This document shows positions 35,672 through 45,894 of a DNA stretch of 64,000 nt, one piece after another. Each line of letters begins with the position of its first letter. Within the stretch, counting starts at the first letter, position 1. Both the position numbers and the translations under genes were made by a program. Below the pieces are notes generated by a model. The model worked only from the letters and a program-made list of their open reading frames with translations. It was not told where the DNA came from and ran no database searches. This DNA comes from Bacteroidales bacterium. GTDB lineage: Bacteria > Bacteroidota > Bacteroidia > Bacteroidales > VadinHA17. The DNA is taken from the NCBI GenBank assembly GCA_050013475.1, contig JBEKFE010000002.1:221910-285909 (forward strand). The letters run 5' to 3'.

Positions 35672-37750
35672 TTACAAATCAAGAGATTTTACAACCAGCT
35701 CGGCTATATCAAAATTTTTAATTTCTTCTTCCCTGTTCTTGTACTTGAGCCCGTCGGTCATCATCGTCATGCAGAATGGGCATGAAGTGGCAATGATCCC
35801 CGCTCCTGTCTTAAGGGCATCTTCAGTTCGTTCTAAAAAAACATCCTTGTCACCCTTCTCAGCCTCCTTGAACATCTGGGCGCCTCCTGCCCCGCAGCAG
35901 AGTGAAAAGCTCCTGTTCCTCTCCATTTCAACCAGGTTATCAGTAAAAGTGCGGATCACTGAACGAGGCTCATCATACAGGTCATTTGCTCTTCCCAGGT
36001 AACATGGATCATGGTATGTAACCCTGACATCCTTCAATGCATCCTTTCCCGGCTTCAGCCTGCCCTCCTTAATATATCTGTCAATCAGCTGAATATAATT
36101 GGTCACCTCATAGTTCCCGCCAAGATCGGGATATTCATTTTTAAAGATATTGTAGCAGTGGGGACAGATCGTTATGATCTTCTTAACATCATACATCCTG
36201 AGAATCTCTATCACCTGGAGTGCCTGCATCTGGTACAGCATCTCATTCCCGGCTCGCCTGGCAGGGTCACCGTTGCATGTCTCTTCCTTCCCAAGCACTG
36301 CATAACTCACATTGAGGTGGGTCAGAATTTTTATGAAAGCTTTTACCACCTTTTTATACCTGTCATCAAATGCACCTGCGCAGCCGACCCAGAAAAGGTA
36401 CTCGGGTTTTTCCCCTTTAGCAAAAAGATCTGCAATCACAGGTACGGGTCCTGATGCCCAGTTAAGGCGGTCTTCAGCCGAGTACTGCCAGGGGGCACCA
36501 TTATTTTCAATATTATTAAAAACAGCTTTGAGCTCACCGGGAGCTGAAGCCTCCTCCATCACAAGGTATCTTCTGATATCAACGATAAGTGTCGGGTGAT
36601 TAATGTTGATAGGGCACTCTTTGGCGCAGGCATTGCATGTTGTGCATGCCCATATCTCTTCCTCTGAGATATAATCCCGCAAAAGTGATCTGTTGTCATT
36701 AAAATCCCTTCCGTTCTTTACCATCAGAGGACCCTTTTCCTTCATCCTGGCCCGAAGGTCCATCATTATTTTCCTTGGTGAAAGTTTCTTGCCGGTTATG
36801 TTTGCTGGACAGACAGATGTACATCTGCCGCATTCGGTGCAGGAAAGAGAATCTAAATAGTTCTTCCACGAAGCATCCTCAGCATCCTTCACCCCGAATC
36901 TCTCAGGTGGTCCAGCCTCCTCCGGGGAAGCAGCAAAGGCGGTTTCAGGGTTCATCATAAGCCTTACCTCCTTCGTAATATTGTCCATATTGGCCAGTTT
37001 ACCAAGCGGGTCAAGCCTGGAAAGGAAAACATTTGGAACCGACATGAAGACGTGAAAATGCTTTGAATAAGGCAGAATATTTGCAAAAATGAATATCAGC
37101 ACTATATGTGTCCACCAGGATATTTCATGCTGAAGCTTAAGGGCTTCGGCTGATGATCCTGAAAATAATCCTGATAAAAGTGAGCTTACCGGGTAGAGAC
37201 CGTAGATCTCCCCTCCTCCAATTTTTCTGTAATAAAGGTAACCGGTATTCATCCCGAGCAACGAGATCATAAGCAGCAGAATTATCGACAGGGCAATATT
37301 TGCGTCAATGTGTGAGATCTTTTTCATCTCGATTCCTTCAAACCTTTTTATATGAAAGAACAGTCGTCTTGAAAGGAAGATCAGTATTGAAATGCCTACA
37401 AGCAACGCAAAAATATCACCTGAGGCCATTATGAAATCATACACCGGACCAAGAAATTTCAGTACTTTTTCGGTTCCTGTCAGACCGTCGATAACTATTT
37501 CAATACTGCCCAGAAGGATCACGCAGAATCCCCAGAAAACAAGGGCATGAAAAAAACCTATAACAGGTCTTCTGAATATCTTTGTCTGCCCGAAAGCCAC
37601 CTCCAGCATTATGCCAATGCGCCTGCCGATATTCCTGACCGGAAAAGCCGGCCTGGTAAGCTTAAAGAAGCGGACAATACGGTTTATTGTAAAACAGAAC
37701 GCTCCCAGGGTTATCAGAAGCACTATAGCAAATACAATCTGTCTGGTCAT
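35672..37750 (-). CDS. Membrane-bound Fe-S oxidoreductase: NarI/DsrM-like N-terminal membrane domain fused to HdrD/GlpC-like 2x[4Fe-4S] + 2xCCG domains (probable ETF:quinone oxidoreductase)
   Basis: 692 aa with about 6 TM helices carrying conserved His. Ferredoxin motifs are CTECGRCTSVCP and CTTCNACAKECP. Cys-rich CCG-type motifs include CPHC, CCGAGG and CPFC. Confidence 0.75.
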   Translation of the reverse strand: MTRQIVFAIVLLITLGAFCFTINRIVRFFKLTRPAFPVRNIGRRIGIMLEVAFGQTKIFRRPVIGFFHALVFWGFCVILLGSIEIVIDGLTGTEKVLKFLGPVYDFIMASGDIFALLVGISILIFLSRRLFFHIKRFEGIEMKKISHIDANIALSIILLLMISLLGMNTGYLYYRKIGGGEIYGLYPVSSLLSGLFSGSSAEALKLQHEISWWTHIVLIFIFANILPYSKHFHVFMSVPNVFLSRLDPLGKLANMDNITKEVRLMMNPETAFAASPEEAGPPERFGVKDAEDASWKNYLDSLSCTECGRCTSVCPANITGKKLSPRKIMMDLRARMKEKGPLMVKNGRDFNDNRSLLRDYISEEEIWACTTCNACAKECPININHPTLIVDIRRYLVMEEASAPGELKAVFNNIENNGAPWQYSAEDRLNWASGPVPVIADLFAKGEKPEYLFWVGCAGAFDDRYKKVVKAFIKILTHLNVSYAVLGKEETCNGDPARRAGNEMLYQMQALQVIEILRMYDVKKIITICPHCYNIFKNEYPDLGGNYEVTNYIQLIDRYIKEGRLKPGKDALKDVRVTYHDPCYLGRANDLYDEPRSVIRTFTDNLVEMERNRSFSLCCGAGGAQMFKEAEKGDKDVFLERTEDALKTGAGIIATSCPFCMTMMTDGLKYKNREEEIKNFDIAELVVKSLDL

Positions 37751-37792
37751 AGTTGTCAGGTTATCCTTTTAAAGACCACATTGTCAGTAACT

Positions 37793-37853
37793 CCTTTGTG
37801 AAACTTTGTGCTTTCCTTAGTGTTCCTTTGTGGTTAAATCTTTTACCACAAAG
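37793..37853. repeat. Phased CTTTGTG word array plus hairpin in the etfA / Fe-S gene spacer
   Basis: cctttgtg (37793), actttgtg (37803), ccttagtg (37815) and cctttgtg (37825) are spaced 10-12 bp apart. ctttgtgg (37826-33) pairs with ccacaaag (37846-53). gtaactcc (37788-95) is related to the GGAGTTAC word at 12228-12235. Confidence 0.85.
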
Positions 37854-37915
37854 CCCGCCCGGCTGACACCGGTCGGACGGGGTCTCGAAGGTTTTCTCAA
37901 AGGGCCGCAAAGGTA

Positions 37916-38884
37916 TTATTTCTTGATATCCTTTACTGCTTCTATCAGTTTTGGCAATATTTTCAGGGCATCTCCGACAATTCCGTACTGGGCTGCCTCG
38001 AAGATCGGTGCATCCTTATCGGAATTGATCGCAACTATATACTTGGAAGAACTTATCCCGGCCAGGTGCTGTGTAGCCCCTGAAATGCCCACGGCGATAT
38101 ATAGATTCGGGGCGATTATTTTGCCGGTCTGACCGGTGTGCTCTTCATGGGGTCTCCATCCTTCATCAGAGACAGGACGTGAGCATGCCGTGGCTCCTCC
38201 AAGCAGAGATGCAAGCTCAACAACAGGGCCCCAGTTATCGGGTGATTTCATCCCCCTTCCGCCCGATACAACAATATCGGCATCGGTAAGAAGGATCTTC
38301 CCGGTCTGCTTCTGAACATCTTTTACTTCAGTTTTAAGAAGCGAACCATCTACAGCTATATTGATGTTTTCAATGGCTGCATTATTCGGGGTTGTGGAAA
38401 TATCAAAAGAATTCTGAGCCAGGGTAAGTATTTTAACATCCGATCTGATGACCACGTGGGCGTATGCATTTCCCGAATAGCTCTTTTTGTAAATTGTGAA
38501 TGGATCGAGGTTAAGAGGGAGTTTTGAGACCCCTGAACCCACACCGGCTTTAAGCCTGACAGAAAGTCGGGGAGCAATGGCTTTGCCTGTATTATTATTT
38601 GAAAGGATAATAATTTTTGCTCCCTCTTTTGCTGCAGCTTCTGATATTACATAGGTATATGTCTGGTTGTCAAGATTTTTAAGATGCGCTCCTGAAGTAC
38701 TAAGTATCTTTGAAGCGCCATAATTGCCGAGCGCCCTAAGCTCCTCGCCGGTCACATCGCCGACAGACAAGGCGGTTACGGTCGTACCAAGCATCCTGGC
38801 CACAGATGCGGCATAGGATACCAGCTCATATGATGATTTCTTGAACTTTCCATCCCAATTCTCGGTGAATACTAAAACTGACAT
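37916..38884 (-). CDS. etfA: Electron transfer flavoprotein subunit alpha
   Basis: 322 aa with the C-terminal FAD-binding region ([19 protein letters not shown]: [18 protein letters not shown]). Confidence 0.92.
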   Translation of the reverse strand: MSVLVFTENWDGKFKKSSYELVSYAASVARMLGTTVTALSVGDVTGEELRALGNYGASKILSTSGAHLKNLDNQTYTYVISEAAAKEGAKIIILSNNNTGKAIAPRLSVRLKAGVGSGVSKLPLNLDPFTIYKKSYSGNAYAHVVIRSDVKILTLAQNSFDISTTPNNAAIENINIAVDGSLLKTEVKDVQKQTGKILLTDADIVVSGGRGMKSPDNWGPVVELASLLGGATACSRPVSDEGWRPHEEHTGQTGKIIAPNLYIAVGISGATQHLAGISSSKYIVAINSDKDAPIFEAAQYGIVGDALKILPKLIEAVKDIKK

Positions 38885-38912
38885 ATTAGATTGTTATTTA
38901 AACAGTTTGACT

Positions 38913-39662
38913 TCAGATCACTTTTGCCTCATTTTGCAATAACCCGATAAGTAACCCCGGGTTATCGGGATCAACAAATTTGCATGCTGCCCTGGGGCTC
39001 GGTTTTTCGAAGACCAGGATCTGTGTGAGGGGATCAACTGGGACCGGCTCAACTACTTTAACAGGTTTTGTCCTTGCAAGCATTATCCCGCGCATAGCAG
39101 CTATTCTTGGCTCCTTTGCAATTCCCTTCTGAACTATGGCAACAAATGGCACCGGAACTGAAACTGTCTCTTTCCCGCCATCTATTTCCCTGGTGATTAA
39201 CGGTTTGCCGTTCTCCAGATTCAGTGATGATACAGCTGAAACAGAAGGCACACTTAAAAATTCCGAGAGCATTCCTCCAACTGTCGAGCCGTTGAAATCG
39301 CTTGATTCTATTCCGCACATTATGATGTCAAATTGCTCCTTCCTTACGATTTCAGCCAGCTGAGCAGCAACATAATATGCGTCTGCCGGTTCTGCATTTA
39401 TCCTGATGGCATCATCGGCTCCGATTGCAAGAGCTTTGCGGATCGTTGGTTCAGTTGCTGCCAGTCCCACATGAGCTACAGTCACTGATTTTATGCCTGA
39501 AGCAGGATCGTCCTTAAGTTCAAGGGCTCTTGTAAGTGAAAGTTCATCCCAGGGATTTATTACCCACTGTATTCCAGTGGTATCGAGCCTGGTGTTACCG
39601 TCTACAAATTTGATCTTGGTGGTTGTGTCCGGAACATTGCTTATACAAACCAGAATCTTCAT
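38913..39662 (-). CDS. etfB: Electron transfer flavoprotein subunit beta
   Basis: 249 aa. MKILVCISNVPDTTTKIKF... is a typical EtfB N-terminus. It lies directly upstream of etfA. Confidence 0.92.
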   Translation of the reverse strand: MKILVCISNVPDTTTKIKFVDGNTRLDTTGIQWVINPWDELSLTRALELKDDPASGIKSVTVAHVGLAATEPTIRKALAIGADDAIRINAEPADAYYVAAQLAEIVRKEQFDIIMCGIESSDFNGSTVGGMLSEFLSVPSVSAVSSLNLENGKPLITREIDGGKETVSVPVPFVAIVQKGIAKEPRIAAMRGIMLARTKPVKVVEPVPVDPLTQILVFEKPSPRAACKFVDPDNPGLLIGLLQNEAKVI

Positions 39663-39968
39663 TTAAAATACAATTAGACTGTTGATATTTAAACCTTTTC
39701 TCCGAGAATATGCCCTGTTAAATCTCTCAGAGGCGGCAAATATAATAATTTAAGATTCACAATCAAATCCGGATCGTATCATTTTTGCAACCTGTTAGAA
39801 ACTAATATCTTATATAAAAAGCTGTCTTACTGCATCTTTAAATGAGAATATCAGCTGCTATCCATCAGTGGTCGAAACCGTTTCCAAAAACATTAATCAA
39901 ATCTGAGATTTCAGGAATTTAAGATTTAAATTCGCTGCGCAATCAAGTATTAAATTATCCATCAATAA

Positions 39969-40889
39969 TTGAACAAGATCAGGATATATGGCGCTGTAAT
40001 GCTTTCAATGATCTTCTGGTCATTTTCGTTCATATGGTTCAAAATCGCAAACCTGTCATTCAGCCCGATAACCATAATATTCTTTCGCCTGCTCCTGGCA
40101 GTCATGATACTCACGGCTTATCTTTCTGTCAAAGGCAAGTTCCAGAAAATAAAGAAAGAAGACAGAAAGCTTTTTCTCATGCTGGCTCTCTTCGAACCGT
40201 TCTTTTACTTTCTCGGGGAAAGCAACGGGCTCACATATGTCTCATCAACAACGTGTTCGATCATAATTTCAACGATACCGGTAATTGCGGCATTGGGCGC
40301 CTGGCTCATTTTTAGAGAAAAGCTGAAAGCACTGAATTATGCCGGAATTTTACTTTCATTCATTGGAATTATCATTTTTGTGATCACTCCTTCAGGAACC
40401 CTCACAATAAATGTTAAAGGGCTTCTGCTTCTTGGTCTTGCCGTAATATCGGCGGTTGGTTATAACCTGACATTGAGCAGGCTTGTCGGGTCGTACACAC
40501 CCGTGTATATTGTCAATGTTCAGAACATAATAGGCGCTCTGCTTTTCCTTCCAGTATTTATATTCACTGACCTTGGGAACTTTCATTTTAAGGCCCATGA
40601 CCTGAGATCATTTATTCCCATTTTTGAACTTTCGCTTTTTGCCTCATGCGGGGCCTTTATTCTTTTTGCATATTCTGTGAGAAATATGGGAATATCGAGA
40701 GCCAACGTATTCACCAATTGTATCCCGGTCTTCACGGCGGTTTTCTCTTTCATTATCTTAGGCGAAAAACTTACCTTACAGAATCTTGCAGGAATGGCTA
40801 TTGTCATTACGGGTCTATTCCTTTCCCAGTCTGACAAAAGAAAAAAGAACCTGAATGATGCCCTTCTCCTTACGGGAAAGACAGCCTGA
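39969..40889 (+). CDS. DMT-superfamily (EamA-like) transporter
   Basis: 306 aa with about 10 TM helices in two repeats. The track start is TTG; the alternative is ATG at 39999. Confidence 0.75.
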   Translation: MNKIRIYGAVMLSMIFWSFSFIWFKIANLSFSPITIIFFRLLLAVMILTAYLSVKGKFQKIKKEDRKLFLMLALFEPFFYFLGESNGLTYVSSTTCSIIISTIPVIAALGAWLIFREKLKALNYAGILLSFIGIIIFVITPSGTLTINVKGLLLLGLAVISAVGYNLTLSRLVGSYTPVYIVNVQNIIGALLFLPVFIFTDLGNFHFKAHDLRSFIPIFELSLFASCGAFILFAYSVRNMGISRANVFTNCIPVFTAVFSFIILGEKLTLQNLAGMAIVITGLFLSQSDKRKKNLNDALLLTGKTA

Positions 40890-40933
40890 ACCCGGATCGT
40901 TATAATAGATATACGGTTTATCCCGTTTATTAA

Positions 40934-41995
40934 ATGTTATCTTTACCATCATTACCCGTGGCAAGAAAAGCATTTTATATAATTTTGCTTGGATTTACAG
41001 GGTCTCCCCTTTTTTCACAAACTGGCGGAGATCATGTCTATGACTTCCTTGATCTTACGCATTCCAGCCTGGTCACTTCGCTAGGCGGAACAAATGTCTC
41101 CCTGTTAAATGACGACCTCAACATGGCATACCTTAACCCTGCCCTGCTTAGCAGCAGCATGGATAACAGCCTTGCAATCAACTATGTCAATTATTTTGCA
41201 GGCATTAATTACGGGATGACCATGTATTCGAAGTCTTATGCCGGTATTGGAAGCTTTGCAGCGGGGATTACATATCTCAATTACGGTACCTTTCAGGAGA
41301 CAGATGAATCGGGGAATATTACAGGTACGTTTACGGCAGCCGAATATGCACTTTCATTGATATATTCCAGGACCATCGATTCACTTTTCTCCTTTGGGGT
41401 TGATCTCAAGCCAGTTCTCTCGAACCTTGAAAAATACACTTCATTCGGTTTTGCAGTAGATGCCGGTGCAGCCTACCATAGCAGGAATGGTCTGTTTTCA
41501 GCAGGTTTAGCGTTTAAGAATATAGGGATGCAGATCACCACGTACACGGGAGGGGCCAGGGAAAGCCTGCCATTTGAGATCCAGGCCGGAGTTTCCCAGA
41601 AACTAGGCCATGCTCCATTCAGGTTCTCCCTCACCCTGAGGCACCTGGAGAAATTTGACCTCACCTATAATTACACCTCCGCCACCAACCCTTCAAGTAC
41701 TCAGTCGTTCAAGGATGGCTTCGGAGAGAACCTGCTTCGTCATGTGATAATCGGAGCTGAAATTATCCCGCAAAAAAATTTCTATTTCTCTGCAGGCTAT
41801 AATTACCAGCGCAGGGAAGAGTTGCAGGTCGAATCAAAAGTTTCGACCGTCGGCTTTTCATGGGGATTTGGAATAAATACATCCTTTATGAGCATTGGTT
41901 TCGGCAGGGCTACATATCACCTGGCCGGATCCTCGAATAATATTTCACTGATAATAAGGCCCGATAAGCTTTACAAGAAGCTAAGCAGGGTATGA
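40934..41995 (+). CDS. porQ: PorQ-like type IX secretion outer-membrane beta-barrel protein
   Basis: 353 aa with a signal peptide. The N-terminal region reads GGDHVYDFLDLTHSSLVTSLGGTNVSLLNDDLNMAYLNPALL, as in PorQ/PorV-family barrels. I recognised the family from memory only. Confidence 0.55.
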   Translation: MLSLPSLPVARKAFYIILLGFTGSPLFSQTGGDHVYDFLDLTHSSLVTSLGGTNVSLLNDDLNMAYLNPALLSSSMDNSLAINYVNYFAGINYGMTMYSKSYAGIGSFAAGITYLNYGTFQETDESGNITGTFTAAEYALSLIYSRTIDSLFSFGVDLKPVLSNLEKYTSFGFAVDAGAAYHSRNGLFSAGLAFKNIGMQITTYTGGARESLPFEIQAGVSQKLGHAPFRFSLTLRHLEKFDLTYNYTSATNPSSTQSFKDGFGENLLRHVIIGAEIIPQKNFYFSAGYNYQRREELQVESKVSTVGFSWGFGINTSFMSIGFGRATYHLAGSSNNISLIIRPDKLYKKLSRV

Positions 41996-42073
41996 TCATT
42001 TTGTTTTACCTGTATTTATTTAAATCTTTGCACCTTGAAGTGGTCATGAACCACAACTGGTTGAAATTAATTT

Positions 42074-42769
42074 ATGAAAAAGAGACTTATTATAGCTATC
42101 GACGGCTACTCATCCTGCGGGAAGAGCACCTTTGCAAAGGCAATAGCCAGGGAGCTTAACTATATCTACATCGATAGCGGGGCTATGTATCGGTCCGTTA
42201 CTCTCTGGTGCATCAGGAAGGGCTTTGCCGGTAACGAAAGGACCAGCCTTAATGGCATAATTTCTACTATAAAGGATATAAGCATAAATTTCATTTATAA
42301 TCCTGATATAAATGAATATGAGACCTTTCTCAATTCAGAGAATGTTGAAAGGGAGATAAGGGGAATTGAGGTATCGTCCAATGTCAGCCGGATAAGCCAG
42401 ATACCTGAGGTAAGGGCCAGGATGGTAGAACTTCAGAGGGAGATAGGAGTCTTAAAGGGCATTGTGATGGATGGAAGGGATATAGGAACCGTTGTCTTTC
42501 CTGACGCAGAGGTAAAGATCTTCATGACAGCCTCTGTCGACATAAGGGCAAAAAGAAGATTTGATGAAATTACATCCAGGGGAGATAACATCAGCCTTGA
42601 GGAGGTGAAAAGGAATATTGTTGCCCGCGATATTGCCGACGAAAACAGGGACATCAGCCCACTGAGAAGAGCCGAGGATGCAATTGTCCTGGATAACAGC
42701 AGGATGACTGTTGATCAGCAGATGATCTGGATAATGGGAATAATTGGAAAAAGGATAAATGCAGGTTGA
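42074..42769 (+). CDS. cmk: (d)CMP kinase
   Basis: 231 aa with P-loop IAIDGYSSCGKST and the DSGAMYR motif. Confidence 0.92.
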   Translation: MKKRLIIAIDGYSSCGKSTFAKAIARELNYIYIDSGAMYRSVTLWCIRKGFAGNERTSLNGIISTIKDISINFIYNPDINEYETFLNSENVEREIRGIEVSSNVSRISQIPEVRARMVELQREIGVLKGIVMDGRDIGTVVFPDAEVKIFMTASVDIRAKRRFDEITSRGDNISLEEVKRNIVARDIADENRDISPLRRAEDAIVLDNSRMTVDQQMIWIMGIIGKRINAG

Positions 42770-43634
42770 CGTTGATGAAAGATCGGGTTTTTGCTTCGGC
42801 GTCCAGAATGCAGTTGAGATCGCGGAAGAAGCTCTTTCAAGGGGAGAAAAAGTCTTTTGCCTGGGGCCTATTGTACACAACGATATTGAGGTTGAACGCC
42901 TTCTTTCCCTTGGACTTGAGACAGTTGATCATGCACAATACCTGGAGCTCAGGAATTGCAAAGTTCTGATCAGGGCGCACGGTGAACCTCCTGAAACATA
43001 CTACATTGCCGAAAAGAACAACATAACGATCATTGAAGCGACTTGCCCTATTGTTAAAAAGCTGCAGTCGAAAATTAAGAAAACCTGGTTCAAAACTGCT
43101 ATGAAAGGCGGACAGGTAGTGATCTTCGGGAAAGCCGGACATGCAGAAGTGATAGGACTGATGGGGCAGACAAACGATCAGGCAATACTAACAAACGGAG
43201 AGGAAGACCTTGACAGGATAGACTATTCCAGGGAGATACATCTGTTTTCTCAGACAACGATGAGCAACTCCGATTATAACCGTCTTGCCGAAAAGATTAG
43301 GACCAGGATCATTGAAAATGGCACAATTGATCCTGAAAGATATCTTCACGTGAACAGGACGATCTGCGGACAGGTCTCGAACAGGCAGCCGGGATTGAGA
43401 GCCTTTTCCAGGAAGCATGATATAATAATTTTTGTAAGCGGCAGGGAGAGCTCAAATGGTAAAATGCTCTTCGAGATATGCAGAAGCGAAAATTCAAACA
43501 GCTGGTTCATTTCCACTCCCGGGGAGATAAGGAAAGAATGGTTCAAAGGGATGAACTCTGTAGGCGTTTGCGGGGCAACCTCTACTCCCAAATGGCTGAT
43601 TGACAAGGTTCGCGACACTATTCTTTCACTTTGA
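42759..43634 (+). CDS. ispH: 4-hydroxy-3-methylbut-2-enyl diphosphate reductase
   Basis: 291 aa with SGFCFGVQNAV and conserved Cys/His positions. It overlaps cmk by 11 nt. Confidence 0.9.
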   Translation: MQVDVDERSGFCFGVQNAVEIAEEALSRGEKVFCLGPIVHNDIEVERLLSLGLETVDHAQYLELRNCKVLIRAHGEPPETYYIAEKNNITIIEATCPIVKKLQSKIKKTWFKTAMKGGQVVIFGKAGHAEVIGLMGQTNDQAILTNGEEDLDRIDYSREIHLFSQTTMSNSDYNRLAEKIRTRIIENGTIDPERYLHVNRTICGQVSNRQPGLRAFSRKHDIIIFVSGRESSNGKMLFEICRSENSNSWFISTPGEIRKEWFKGMNSVGVCGATSTPKWLIDKVRDTILSL

Positions 43635-43710
43635 ATTTCAGTGGGTACCGCTATTGGTCTACCAAAAAAATATATTATTTTTGCGGGCTGAAAGAAACAA
43701 AACAATTATT

Positions 43711-44688
43711 ATGGGTAAGATTAAAAAAATCGGCGTCCTTACTTCAGGTGGAGATGCTCCGGGGATGAATGCAGCAATAAGGGCTGTTGTGAGGACAGCT
43801 GTATATGAAAAGCTTGAAGTGATGGGGATCCGCCAAGGTTACCAGGGAATGATTAACTCCAACTTCCAGCCACTTGATGCGTTCAGCGTAAGTGGAATGA
43901 TCCAGCGAGGCGGAACAATGCTTAAAACAGCAAGATGCGAGGAGTTCAGGACTCCCGAGGGAAGAAACAAGGCATACAATAATCTTCGTGAGGCTGGTAT
44001 CGACGGCGTAGTTGTCATCGGAGGGGATGGATCGTTCACCGGAGCAAGGCTTTTTAATGAGGAATACGATATCCCCTTCGTAGGGGTTCCGGGCACGATC
44101 GATAATGATATCTATGGGACAGATTATACAATTGGTTACGATACTGCTCTTAATACAGTTGTAGAGGCTGTAGATAAGATAAGGGATACTGCAAGCGCTC
44201 ATAACCGGATGTTCTTTGTCGAGGTAATGGGCGCTGAAGCTGGATTCATTGCCCTTTTTAGCGGAATTGCAACCGGGGCAGAGGCTATCATAATCCCGGA
44301 GATCAAAGGACAGGCTGCCAGTCTGAAAAGCATTATCGAATCGGACGGCAAAAGGAAGAAATCAAGCAATATTGTTATTGTGGCCGAAGGAGAAGAGGGC
44401 GGTGCCTTCGGTCTGGCCGAAAAGGTTAAGGATGACTTCAAGGACTACGACATAAGAGTCTCGGTTCTTGGACATCTTCAGCGCGGCGGATCACCATCAG
44501 CAATTGACAGGGTCAATGCATCCCGGCTGGGACACGCAGCTGTGGAGGCGTTGCTCGATGATCAGAAAAGTGTTATGGTTGGACTCCAGAATGGTGAAAT
44601 AGTTCTTGTTCCGTTCAGGAAGGCTGTCAAGCTTCATAAGGATGTTAATCATACACTTGTAAGTCTGTCAAGGATACTTTCAGTCTAG
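43711..44688 (+). CDS. pfkA: ATP-dependent 6-phosphofructokinase
   Basis: Motifs GVLTSGGDAPGMNA, IGGDGS and PGTIDND. I set the start at ATG 43711 (MGKIKKIGVL...). The track ORF begins upstream, inside ispH. Confidence 0.93.
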   Translation: MGKIKKIGVLTSGGDAPGMNAAIRAVVRTAVYEKLEVMGIRQGYQGMINSNFQPLDAFSVSGMIQRGGTMLKTARCEEFRTPEGRNKAYNNLREAGIDGVVVIGGDGSFTGARLFNEEYDIPFVGVPGTIDNDIYGTDYTIGYDTALNTVVEAVDKIRDTASAHNRMFFVEVMGAEAGFIALFSGIATGAEAIIIPEIKGQAASLKSIIESDGKRKKSSNIVIVAEGEEGGAFGLAEKVKDDFKDYDIRVSVLGHLQRGGSPSAIDRVNASRLGHAAVEALLDDQKSVMVGLQNGEIVLVPFRKAVKLHKDVNHTLVSLSRILSV

Positions 44689-44699
44689 CTAATAATATT

Positions 44700-45818
44700 A
44701 TGAATCTTTCCAGAGTCTATTTTACAGATCTGAAATCGAAACCGACCGCCAGTCTGCTGAAAAAGCTCGACACCCTGGTAAGAAAAGCGGGTATCGATAC
44801 CATTGATTTTGATCATAAGATCACTGCCATAAAGATCCATTTCGGCGAGCCGGGTAACCTTGCCTACCTTAGGCCAAATTTCGCTCTTCAGATAGTCAAG
44901 ATACTGAAGAGTAAAAATGCCATTCCTTTCCTTACAGACTGCAACACCCTCTATCATGGCCGCAGATCAAATGCACCAGATCATATTGAAGCTGCCTTTG
45001 AGAATGGCTACAGCCCCCTCTCAACCGGTTGCCAGGTAATTATTGGCGACGGGATAAAAGGGATTGATTACCGCGAGATAGAACTTAATATGGAGTATTG
45101 CAAAACTGCCTTGATCGGCTCTGCAATAGCCGATGCAGATGTTCTTGTTTCGATGAATCATTTCAAGGGACATGAACTTACCGGATTCGGAGGAGCACTG
45201 AAGAACCTGGGAATGGGTGCTGCTTCAGTTGGCGGGAAATTGTTCCTTCACTCCGGATCATCTCCCGAAATATATGAGGAAAACTGTACCGGCTGCCGCA
45301 TTTGCGAAAAATTCTGTAATTACGGCGCCATCAGAGTCGGAAAGGACAAAATAGCTCATATTGATTATGACAAATGTACCGGATGCGGGCAGTGTATAGC
45401 GGTATGTCAGTACGACTCGGCCAGGGTGGTTTGGCAGAACTCTTCCGAGATCGTAAGCCGGAAGATAGCCGAATACGCTTATGCAGCACTGAAGGACAAG
45501 CCATCATTCCATATCAATTTCATCATTGACGTTTCTCCCGACTGCGATTGCTGGGGTTTTAACGATGTCCCAATTGTACCGGGAATTGGAATGGCTGCTT
45601 CATTCGACCCTGTGGCACTCGACCAGGCATGTGCTGATATGGTAGTTGCAGCGCCGGCAATTAAGGGAAGCAGGATCTGCAAGGAGGGTCAGAATGTTGA
45701 TCTTGAGGGAAAGGACAAATTTAAGATGGCACATCCTGAAACTTTCTGGCAGACCGGCCTTGAGCATGCAGAGAAGATAGGCCTCGGAAGCCGGAAATAC
45801 CAGCTGGTTGAAGTCTGA
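44700..45818 (+). CDS. DUF362-domain protein with 2x[4Fe-4S] ferredoxin insert
   Basis: 372 aa with CTGCRICEKFCNYGAI and CTGCGQCIAVCQYDS. The flanking sequence is typical of DUF362. Confidence 0.7.
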   Translation: MNLSRVYFTDLKSKPTASLLKKLDTLVRKAGIDTIDFDHKITAIKIHFGEPGNLAYLRPNFALQIVKILKSKNAIPFLTDCNTLYHGRRSNAPDHIEAAFENGYSPLSTGCQVIIGDGIKGIDYREIELNMEYCKTALIGSAIADADVLVSMNHFKGHELTGFGGALKNLGMGAASVGGKLFLHSGSSPEIYEENCTGCRICEKFCNYGAIRVGKDKIAHIDYDKCTGCGQCIAVCQYDSARVVWQNSSEIVSRKIAEYAYAALKDKPSFHINFIIDVSPDCDCWGFNDVPIVPGIGMAASFDPVALDQACADMVVAAPAIKGSRICKEGQNVDLEGKDKFKMAHPETFWQTGLEHAEKIGLGSRKYQLVEV

Positions 45819-45894
45819 AAGGAAGTTATCAATATTTTTTTACCAGATCCAGGGAAAGAATAATATTCAGTAACTTTGTTACTATCAGCCTAAA

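Noticed and set aside
35313-36002. Plus-strand ORFs of 83-113 aa around the ACAD / Fe-S gene junction, plus 36011..36454 (147 aa)
   Set aside because: They are antisense to strongly supported genes and carry no motifs.
44685-44957. 90-aa minus-strand ORF
   Set aside because: It overlaps the 5' end of the DUF362/ferredoxin gene on the opposite strand and has no independent support.
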